This document shows, piece after piece, positions 48,956 through 59,657 of a stretch of 64,000 nucleotides of DNA; within the stretch, counting starts at the first letter, position 1, and every line of letters starts with the position of its first letter. The notes under the pieces were generated by a model. That model saw nothing but the letters and a program-made list of their open reading frames with translations, had not been told where the DNA came from and did not search any database. This stretch comes from Oikopleura dioica (lineage: Eukaryota > Animalia > Chordata): NCBI GenBank assembly GCA_907165135.1, contig OU015566.1, forward strand, positions 744,001 through 808,000, given 5' to 3'. A program made the position numbers and the translations under genes.

Positions 48956-49103
48956 GGTGTCTGGAACCGACAAAAAAATTTCGACAAATTTTGCGTGGGC
49001 CGCTACTCGGCTGCTGATTGGCTGGTAAGTCGAATCCAGGCTTATGATTGGTTGAAAATTTCAACGCGAAATTTGTCGCAATTTTATGTCGGTTCCAGAC
49101 ACC
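48956..49103. mobile_element. Twin-CCAAT MITE, copy 3 (best preserved)
   Basis: 17-bp perfect TIR GGTGTCTGGAACCGACA; ATTGG at 49017 and 49047. Confidence 0.8.
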
Positions 49104-49939
49104 TCCCCACAATTCTACTCCTTGATTTCAAACCGTAAAAGCTTCTCTTTCGTGGATCCACTATCTTTGTCACTCATTGTCAAAAACGGCAGTTCTTGTT
49201 GAAAAAAAGGCAGGAAAAGAGGAAATCTCCGTCGCTCGGATTTAAAATTTATCCGCAAATTAAAAAATAATCGTCGCAATGCAAACATGTCAATCTTTAA
49301 TTAAGGTCATTTTCTTGATTGTAATACTGTGTTTTAAGTAGCAATGCTTAAACTTAAGTGTGGGTACCTCGATAATTAAAATATGGCCAAGAGTATTTTT
49401 TCGATGATTCTTTCTTTTGAATCATTTTCTGTCCGATCCGCTTTCAGCCAGATAAATATTGAGAACTCGTTAATAATCCTATTTATTCCACTCAGATTGG
49501 CCACGCTTTCTCTAAGAAAACGGTAACACAGTAGAAACCACAAAATGCGATTTCTCTTCTTCTTCGCTCTATTTTTACTTTTTACAAAAGAAAAATTGGC
49601 GGCTTCAAATTTTGCTGCGATTAAGAGAGATGATTTGGCGGATCTTGCGCACCAGCTGTATTTTAATTGCGAAAGAAGTACGTTTTTTAATTTTAAACCC
49701 TCAATATATCCGTAAACTCAGATGCAGTTGCTCGTCTGGAGCGAGAGCCAACGCCTCTTGAATATGAAATAATATGCAATCAGTGCGAAGAAGTACCATT
49801 GTGAGTCAAATTAACTTGCACCGATCATCCTTGATTTTATTATTTTAGACTTTTTATCAACATGGCGAACACTCCAAGAAGATGGTTCACAAAGAGATAA
49901 ATTCTTTGTTTATTTATTTTTTAAATAAATGATTCAAAT

Positions 49940-52253
49940 TCAAAGCTTTTCAGTCCTTTCTTCTTGATTTTTGACGGTTTCTTCTTTAGGAATATACTGG
50001 GCTCCTCGATATCGTTTTTCCACAAATGGGTGCAAAACGCCTTCATTCAGCCTTTTGGTCGGAGCCTCCAGCGGGTTATAGTCTATTTTGACAACAAAAA
50101 CATACCTTGGGATAAGAGAAAGTAAACAACCTATGATGACTGTCGTGAAAAAGCCAATAGCTCCGAGCCACATGTAGGAGACTTCGTAGAGACTTGCGAT
50201 TCCGGGTCGATTATCATCGACTGGAGCGTCGCACCAAGGTACTGACGGAAACTCGCCAGTGTTAGGATCAGCAATGCAGGGCTCATAGTTTGTTATATTG
50301 CAGCCAGAAATCTATTGAAATTTTTCATTTTCATAAAGGGTAAAATTGCTCACTTCAAGATGCATTGGTTTAGTAAACTCCGGTCCAGGTGGATAAATTT
50401 TTGACCCAATAAAAACCCACACCGCAATTCCGATCCCAAAGAGATATGAAATGACTGCTGTCGCCGAGCCAACCCAAGGGTTGAAAAATGAAAGAACAAA
50501 GAGAGCCGTGGTTGGACCCCCAAGCATGGAATTTATCGACATTGCAGCTTGCAAGACTCCGCCTAGAATTCGATGAATCGTGAACTAGAAATCATGATGA
50601 TTACCAAGGTTATCCGCGATATAAGCAAAAGCGATGCAAAGCAAGCCAATGAGAAGCGCGAAAACTTTCGATAATATCCCCCAAGTTCTTTCGCTCAAAC
50701 TAAAGTACGGCTGCAAAAAATCGGTGACAAAACAGGTGCTCATCGAATTGATCCCCGAGGAGGCCGTGCTCAATGTTCCGGAAAACGCGCCGGCGACGTA
50801 GAGCCCCGCGACTCCCGGATAGTCTTGGAAGATTTCGACCGTCAAATATGGCAGAAGCGAGTCTTTTCGTTCGACGAAACCAGCTTTTTCCGGGTCGCAG
50901 CATTTGAAGTACGAAAACGCAACGATCCCGGCAAAGAGGGCAACAACACATTGCATGCTCGTCGCAAAAATCCAGCAAGTATAAATCGCCTTTCGCATGT
51001 CTTTTACGTTCTTTGTCGCGAGCATTCTCTGGACAAAAGCCTGAGAAGTGCAAAAACTGTTGCCCCAATTTCCCAATACGCCGCCAATGACAATTGACCA
51101 AAAAGTATGGCGAACTCGAGGGTCGAATGAGAAATCGTCCCAAACGTTTCTGCCGCCTTCTCTCCATTCGGTAATCATTTCGTCGTATCCGCCATGAAAC
51201 TATAAAAGATGATCTTCTCAGTTCTTATATAATATGAGTCATATTATATGACTCATATTATATGACTCATTTATTATGACTCATATTAAATGACTCATAT
51301 CATACGAATAAAATTATTGACTCATAGTCTATGAGTCATAGAATATGAGTCATATAATATGACTAAAAAGTTTTGGATTAAATTTCCATCTTGGAAATAA
51401 AGCGGCTTCGACTCGAAGCCTTCGAGTATAATGAGAAAAATGAGCGCGGCTCAAATTATTTTTTGACTGGAAGCCGCAAGCGCCTTCTCGATTTACAGCT
51501 TATTTTTTATAAGAACCCTTATTATAAAAATCACTTACCGAAAATCCTTTGGCAATAATAGCAATAAGGCCTCCAAACATGCACAAAATCTGAAAAGAAT
51601 CCGTCCAGACGACCGCTTTTAACCCTCCGAGCGCAGTGTAAAAGATGCAAACTCCACCGGTTAGCCAAACTCCTGCCCAGACATTGAGACCACTCACGGC
51701 TTCAAGCGCTAGGGCAGGGGTGTAAATAACGACGCCGACGTAGAAGATGGTTTGAACGATGAATTCGGCTGTAGCGACGAGTCGGACGAATCGATTGTAT
51801 CGGAGCTCCAAATATTCGTACATCGACGTCAGGTTGAATTTCTTGTACATTGGGCCGAAAAACTCCGCGGCCAAAATACAGCAAATCAAATACGTAATCG
51901 AAAAGTAGAAAAACATCGTTCCAAAGCGATAAAACTCGATAGGCGTTCCGAGAATCGTGATGGATGAAAAGAAGGTTGTCGCCAAAGAAAGAGCGATTGG
52001 ATAAGGACTGACTTCCCTGCCGCCCATGAGGTAAACATCGTTGGACTTTTTGCGATCTTTGAAGGCGAAGAAAAGGCCGATGCAGGCGGAGAACGCGAGA
52101 ACGACTCCGAGGACAACGTAGTCGCCAGTTTGAAAAGCTCGAATTTACATAAGAAAAACCTCCTCAAACAACTTTACCTGAAGTAAACTTCGAAATCGTC
52201 CCTTCCTGCCCCTCACAAGAAGCAGGAGCTTGAAAAGGCTCTTCAAGTTCCAT
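49940..52253 (-). CDS. SLC5 sodium:solute symporter, SMCT/SMVT/NIS subgroup (SLC5A8/A12/A6-like)
   Basis: YLMGGREVSPYPIALSL; ITILGTP; YEYLELRYN; IYTPALAL; YTALGGLKAVVWTD; FDPRVRHTFWS; SGTLSTASSGINS; LGGP. Confidence 0.93.
51232..51364. repeat. 14-bp-period array of TGA(C/G)TCA motifs in an SLC5 intron
   Basis: Perfect sites at 51235, 51249, 51263, 51277, 51291, 51318, 51332 and 51346. Confidence 0.9.
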
Positions 52254-52529
52254 CTCTTATAAATCTGGAAAAAATGAGCTCTTCGCTGAAAATGGGCAAT
52301 TTCATCAAAGCAGGAACTATTTGATCAGCAAATTTTGGATAAGGACTGCCGTTTGCGGTTCCTGTTCATCGGTAAACAGTGCACGCTTTCGTCAATAATC
52401 GAGATGAACTCAAGAAATGTCGCTCAGACGGCAGTTGTTACATTTTGCTGGCAAAACGGATCATGTTAAAATGAAGAACAGTTTGTTTTCAAAATTTGGG
52501 TCAAAAAAATAGAGTGACATTAATCGAAA

Positions 52530-52800
52530 TTCCGCGACATTCAATGACATTAAGCGACATTCAGCAATACTCGGCAACATTCAGCGATATTAGGCGACAT
52601 TTCGCGACATTCAGCGACATTCGGCGACATTTGACGACATTCGGCGACATTCAGCGATATTCGGCGACATTCCGAAACATTCAGCGACATTCGGCGACAT
52701 TTAACGACATTAAGCGACATTCAGCGATATTCGGCGACATTCGGCGACATTTGACGACATTCGGCGACATTCGGCGACATTTGACGACATTCGGCGACTA
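52530..52800 (+). repeat. Decameric tandem repeat (GCGACATTCR)n
   Basis: About 27 degenerate 10-bp units; the core is the reverse complement of AATGTCRC in 32661-32863. Confidence 0.9.
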
Positions 52801-53193
52801 TCCAAGGGCGCCCGAATATCGCTTATAAAAAATATTTTTCTGAGGAATTACTTTTATATTTTCCCGAAAAAAAGAAACAAAAAGCAACTTCGGTAAAAAT
52901 GTAGGAAACTTTCTATTTCAAGATGAAAAATAAGACAAAATTTCTTCATCAATCATGATTTTTAAAAAAAGTTTGTCAGAAAAATGTCCAGATAAAAGCC
53001 TTTTTGACATTAAGTTCCTTCCCCCGATTATGGATGATCATTGATCAATTATCAGGAAAAACCCTGTCGTAAAAAAAAAGATAGAAAATTTTAAATTTGG
53101 CGCCAGAGATCAACACCACAAAACCGAAAGAAGCAAAATCAAATCAGCAGATCGATTTCTGATACGAAGGCGAAATATCCCCAATTTTATAAA

Positions 53194-55437
53194 ATGACAG
53201 AGAATGATCCGAGAAAGCCGGTGGGAAAGGCCTTTTTGGAAAATATCAAGGGAAGGAGTTTTCTTTTTCTAGAAAAAAAAAGCTGCTCGAATTTATCGCG
53301 AAATTTCTAGAAAATTTTATTCTAGAGATTATGTTTTTTGGATTTTTTTAATAAAAATTTCGTTTTTGAAATTTTCAAAAAAAAGGCAAAAGAAAACTCC
53401 TTTTTAGGACGAAACTTTTTCGGCCCAAAAAATCAGCTTCGTTTTCCGTGGAAAGCTGAGCCAATACAATCTCGGAGACGTTGACAAGTAGATTCTAAAT
53501 GAGATTGATTAGGGTAACAATTTCGCATTTTTCAGAGAAGCGGTGAAAATCGCCGCGCACCTCATAAAAAATGGAATCGTGGACCGCGAAGTCGCCTTGG
53601 TGGGTGGCTTCACAATTACTTCAACGGCTCTTGTTTTGGCGATGCTGGTACGGCTTTTGTTGTTTTCCCTTTTATTCAAAATCATTTTTGAAAAATGAAA
53701 GTTGAACTTTTCTTAAACCGTTTTAATCCGCGCTGACGGTGGTCTTTTTTCCCGAATCGGATTTTTTTTCACGAAAAAAGCCAAAAAAAGATGACAAAAA
53801 ATCGAATGATCGTCCTTGATTCCGCCGAGCCGGATAGATTCTCCTTCATCGAGCGAATCAACGCCGAAGCCATCTTCCTCGATGAATCATCTCTCCGGTC
53901 CGACATCACGCTCAACCACGGCGTCAAGGACATCTTCTCCTTCGGCTCCAGCGAGTTCAAACTCATCTCTGAAGCGAAAGTCACCAAGGTCGAAGCTGAA
54001 GAAGACAACGAAGCGAGGGAAAAGATCGAGAAATTCATCGACGAAAACATTGTCTTCAACGACATTGGTTTTTACACAACGACTTCGGGAAGCACGGGAA
54101 TTCCAAAAATCATCAAAATGAGAAACTCCACGCCTTCTGCGAATCTCGTCTGGGCGACAAATCCAGCTGGCCCGGAAGATATGCCAAAACTCGCAGCGAA
54201 ATTCGGCGCTGATCTTCCAAACGTCATGGGCCACATCAAAAACGTCGCTGCTTTCGGCAATTTCGTCGGACACATCATGGTCCTTTTGATTAGCATGATG
54301 ATGGAAGGCCCTCACATGCGAAGAAACATTCTCGTTTGCGACCAAAAAGATCTCAAATCGTCTCTTTCTGCAGTCGCCGTTGAAAAATGCGGTGGAATTT
54401 GGGGATATGTTCCGAAGATCATCGAAATCTCCGAGTCGCAAGAGTTGAAAGATATTGAGCTGCCGACTGTTTCTCTTTTTGTCGCTGGCGGAGCGAAAAT
54501 CACAGCAGGTAGAGAATTTTTCTGATAAGAAGTCATTTCTTTGATAGAACATATTCGACGAGTTCGTGCGAATTTCGCTGCCGCGCAAAATGGTCGAAAA
54601 TGCCATGTTCTCAAGATTTATGGCGCCACTGAAATGGGTCCCTTCCTCTTCCGGTAAGCCCTCTTCTCAAAGTCCTTCGCTGAAAATTCTAGAACCGGGC
54701 TTCTGGAACCCGATGAGTTGATCGAAAGCACCGATGGTATTTTCGTGTCGAACCCGGGCTACGAGTGTCAAGTTCGAGACTCGGAAGGAAAGGCCCTTCC
54801 TGCTGGAGAAGTTGGGGAGATCTTTGTAAAATCGCCGGATCTGATGCTTGGATATGTCGGCTACGTAGGGATTGTCTTTTCTGATCATGATTCACTTGAG
54901 GGTTCTTTTTAGCCGGAGCAAGGAGAGTGGTACGCGATGGGTGATGAGGGATATTTAACAGGAAGGGTTCAAAATGACTCATTTTAAATGATGATTTTGA
55001 TGATGAAAATTGAGACCAAATTCGTTTCAACCCTTCGAAGAGGAGAACCGCGTGGTCGTCCTTGGTCGATTGAAGGAGCAAATCGTCCTCGTCAACACGA
55101 AGAAATCCAACTCCGTCGAGCTCGAAGACCGGTAAATTGCCCCTCTCTTTTTTTTCTTGGAGACAACAAGGACTATTTCAGAATGTACAAAGCTGGCGAA
55201 TTCGTCAAATCCGTCATCGCCCTCGCAAGGCGAAATAAGAATGCTTACGACGACATCTACTACATCGTCTACTGCGACGAAGCTGATGATGACAAGGTCA
55301 TGAAGCACGTGGAAGACGATATTCTTCTCCTGACAAAAGAAAAGCCAAACGTCGTTTTTGTTCGGGAACCTTTCAAAGTGCTTGAAAATGGAAAATTCGA
55401 CAAGAAATTGCTCGCTGCAAAATATATTCCTGAATAA
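53194..55437 (+). CDS. Adenylate-forming enzyme, ANL superfamily (acyl-CoA synthetase / 4CL-like)
   Basis: TTSGSTGIPK P-loop; YGATE; GEIFVKSPDLMLGY; MGDEGYL..GRLKE; start approximate. Confidence 0.88.
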
Positions 55438-55577
55438 AAAAACGAATAAAAGCATGAACAAAAAAGACTCTTAACAAGACTTCTAGCTTGCAAAAGTCAG
55501 CAGAAATCAATCTGGGTCCATTGTCTCAAGACCCTTGAAATCGGCCTTTGTCCAGAATCGACCACTTTCTATAAATA

Positions 55578-58021
55578 ATGTTTGACAGGAGAGGGTTACC
55601 ACCTAAATTAGAAATTTCATCGAATTCATGTATTAAAAACTCGAAACAGAGAAAAAAGAGAATGCGATTTTTCAATTGGTTCAACTCCAGCTGAAGTTGG
55701 TCCGGGAAAATATGACTTGGATGGTAAACGAAAGGAATACGGTCTTGATTTCTTGAGTTAAATAGTCGTATTGTCGTAAAGATGATTGCTTGTATTTCTT
55801 TGAAGGGGGTAAATCAGAGCAAGTTAATGTTCTTTCATGGTTGAGCTCATGTTTTAATAATACTTGATAAGATCAATCTAACATCGAGTTTGTATTTTCA
55901 TAAATCGAAACCGAGTAAGAAAATAAAAGGAAAGTCAAATGCTTCGTTCGGCATTTCCTCCGAGCGAACTTCCGCCCTGCTCGCTCCAACCTTCAGCCCC
56001 GGGCCTGGGACTTACCTTCCCAAATCCCAATTCGACAAGATTCCGGGCGGCAAGATCGCTTTTCAAAACGGCCCTCGACTCGCTTACACAGGCTCTGTTG
56101 AAAACTCGCCGGCGCCAGATGCGTATTTCAGCGATGAAACGCTTATCGCGAAGAAAATTGAAAAGTCAGCGACGAAAAAAGAGGTGAAAAAGATTGGGGT
56201 TGTGTTCAAGGCGACTGTTGATCCGCCGAGTATTCCTACAGGTCTTATGAATTAAATAGGACTTTGGGAAGAAAAATTTTTAGCGAACTATAGCTTCGGA
56301 TACGAAGTCATCTCTCCATCAATGATAAAACAACAGCCACCACCGAGGAAAGATCAGACTCTTGGTCCAGGCAAGGGCTTTTCATTTGACTCGAAACCCC
56401 CTTTTTCTTGCAGTAAGGAAAATCTCTGAAAGCATATTACTCGCCGAAATTGCACTCACTTCGAGAGGCTCAAGGCTCAAGATGGTCGAAAATGTCCGAA
56501 TCAAGAATTCTAGAAAAGAACCCTCAGTTCCGGTAACTCATGTTCTGTATATTTTTATGAACGTCTAAGAATCAATATGTCAACTCCTGGAATACCAGAA
56601 GAAGAAGAAGATGAGGATGACATCACTCAAGTCGTCTTCAAACCAACTTTTGGAAAACAACCTCGCTTCGCAGAAAAAACTGCTGAAAGTCCTGCTCCAT
56701 CAAAATACAAGTTTGTTTCGAAGAATAATAATAGTCTATCATTTGAAGGCTTGAGAGGTTCGGGGACAAAGTTACAGTCGACTGCCCTTCATCAGCTTTT
56801 CACTCAAAACTCGATCGGTTCAAGGCAAAGATTCCCGAAAATCCTCCTGTTGGCTCATATGATCACAGGTTTTCTTTTGGGCTTGATTCAGAGCGAACTC
56901 TTTTTCAGATCACTTCTTGAAGAAAAAACTTCATTCCGACAAAATGCTGACAAAGCACCATTCGACAGCTCCTCGGTTCGATTCAGGCCGAATTTTACCT
57001 CTCGCGACCTCGGTGAGAAAATATTCTTTTGAGGAGATTTTATGTAATTAAAAACCGGCTACTCAAAAACACTATTGCGCTATCTGTCCTCTAAAGCTAA
57101 TCTTTTTGAGGTTCATTTTTGAAACGCTTCAAGGAACACTGATTTTTTACAGGACTCAATTTTAGGTCCGGCTACGTACAATCCTCCAGCAAACTCGTTT
57201 TCTCTCGCTTCTATTCGGGATGCGATACGGTCGAAAACAATCAAGGGCGGCTTCGGCAGCAATTCTGAGCGAACTTATTCTTATGCTCGATCGAAATCGA
57301 CGAATGATATTCCGAGGCAAAGTTTCTTATAAAAGTACCCCTTCCGATTTCGACTCTAGCCCTGGGCCAGGAGCATATGACATTGGAAAGGCAAAACCGA
57401 AGCAAATCACAACAGGATCAAGCTCTTTTTCATCCCTTTCAAATCGATTCTATTCAATGAAATCTGATGCTCCGCCACCGACTAGCTATTCGGTTGACTA
57501 TCATTCAATAAAATCTGAGGCAAGTAATTAAATAATCATAATTTATTAACGGTAAATCTTTTTCTAAAGGTGATCAAAGGAAGAAAGAAGAAAGCTTTCT
57601 CATCTTCAGTCTCAAGAAAAAATATTTTTCCAGCTTCTGATGATGTCCCAGGTAGAGTTATTCTAGACTCTAGAATCTTCTTCTTTTATTCTTCTCGTTT
57701 TTGAAGTTTATATCTCTATTTTAGGACCTGCTGATTACTTGATCAATTCTGAAAGACCGACTGGTGGGGAGTTTTCCAAGCTGATCAGATTCAAGGTAAC
57801 AAAAACGAATGAAATTTATCTCAACCGTTTTTCAGCCTAACAAGCGATTTACTCCCTCCCCATCAACATACCCGCTGAACGCGATCGAAGAAAGCTCAAC
57901 ACTTTTGAAAAAGAGCTTCAACAAAAAACTCGGCTCTCGACCGGCTCCGATCATCATCCGAGAAGAGCTGACATCTTCAGATATTCCTTCCAACAATTTG
58001 CTAATAAACACTGTGGCATAA
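55578..58021 (+). CDS. STPG2: Sperm-tail PG-rich repeat protein 2 (SHIPPO-repeat)
   Basis: MFDR..EVGPGKY start; repeated PGPGxY/PAPxxY motifs; DPPSIPT..GYE..DQTLGP segment typical of STPG2. Confidence 0.75.
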
Positions 58022-58079
58022 TGAAAAAGCTTTTATCCAGTGGTCTAGTAGTGAATCTAGTAGCTTAAATCTTGCTGGA

Positions 58080-58645
58080 TTACACCACTTTTCTCTCAGA
58101 TTTGATCATAATTACAGAATCAGGGCGCCACAGAACGCCCTGGACCAGAAAATCCTTCGATATATAATCGCGTCTACAAATCATTTGCTCCATATCTTTC
58201 TCTTCCTTCTTCGTCGGGATAGGCTCATAGGACCAATGAAGCTTTCTGGATCGCGTATTCTTCTGTTTCTTGCGGGATATTCCGCGGGAACCCGAATCGA
58301 CCTGCAATCTCGATTCCAGCGGCCTCCAAGGTCTTTGGTTGAACAAAAGAATGGCTGCAAGTGCCCAGTTGAACCTCGGCCTCAGTATCATCTTCAGGGA
58401 CAATGGTTAGTTTCTGCTTCTCGTCGATAATTTTTCTGGTCATAATTTTACTTTAGAATCACGCTTAGAATGAAATTTAACTCCAAATTGATCATTAAAA
58501 AAATAATATTAAGGTTTCTGAATCTTCGAACATGCGATCCCAATGGCAAGCTTTTCATCCGCTCTGGGTAAGAGCTTTTCCCCTTTTTATATTCTCTAGA
58601 TAATTCTTTATCTAGAAGAAGCTCTCCGAGGTCAAAAGAATGCAT
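58080..58645 (-). CDS. Uncharacterised multi-exon gene
   Basis: Three in-register minus-strand ORFs with short introns. Confidence 0.45.
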
Positions 58646-59657
58646 CCCAACTCAGTTTGGCTACGAAAATCACCCGAGCGGAAAATCGAATGATCAAATT
58701 CTCGTCATTACCAAATGCGGCTGTGCATAAAAAAGTTCTTTTGCGAACTGTCAAGATAAATTTAGATTAGCCGTCCCTCTTTTGTGCAGGAATAATACTG
58801 TGTTATTAATACAAAACGAAAAAAACTTGAAATACTCGAAATGTAAAGGGCATTCTTTGAACGTTCAGAAAGTCACATGCTTTGTGAGCTCTAGAAAAGG
58901 CACAAATATCGCTTCCGGCAGTTTCTTTTCCCCACTTTGTATGCAGTTGAAACAAAAAAGAGAGGTCACTCGTGACAAAGTGCTCAATCACTTATTGCAA
59001 AAAAAAAAAGAGAAAAGTAAAAAATGCCGCTCGGTTTTGATGCGAAGACAGTTTGTGTTTCACTTGCTTTAGGAAAGGCTCTGAAAAGATTTTTTTCTTG
59101 ATAAAGAGCTCCTGGTATTTAAAAAGCCTTTTCTAAGCTGGAACCCTCAAAATTGGGCTTTCACTTCGTGAGAATTTAGATTCAGAAGAAATTGCAAAAT
59201 TTCCGGAGCCCCTTAGAAACCAAAGGAACAAGACTGAGAAGACAGAGAACACTGAGAAGTCTATTTCTTCAATTGAAAATCCAAGTGTAGAGATCCTTGA
59301 AAAAGAATTTGAAGCTCATGCCGATGAAAAACTGCAGGCGAAGATCTCAAAAAAGAAACTCCAACGAACTTCGAATCTGAATAAAAGACGAATGTCTTCT
59401 CAGACTACGTATATTGTTCTGCCGCGCAATAATAAATAACCAAACGACCATAAAGAGTATTCATTTTCCCTTATTTACGATCTTTTTTATCCATTTTTAT
59501 CGTTTTGGAGAAACTGATCATCCAAAAAAGGCAACTCAACTCAAAAATATTGAACCATAAAAGTAAATACAAGCGAAACGATAAAGAGAAAAGTAAATAT
59601 CGTCGCCACATAATTTCAGCGTGAACAAACGCGCATTTTCCCTTTTTTCAGAGAAAA

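Noticed and set aside
53194-55437. Luciferase responsible for bioluminescence
   Set aside because: ANL-family membership alone does not indicate luciferase activity, and no diagnostic residues could be verified.
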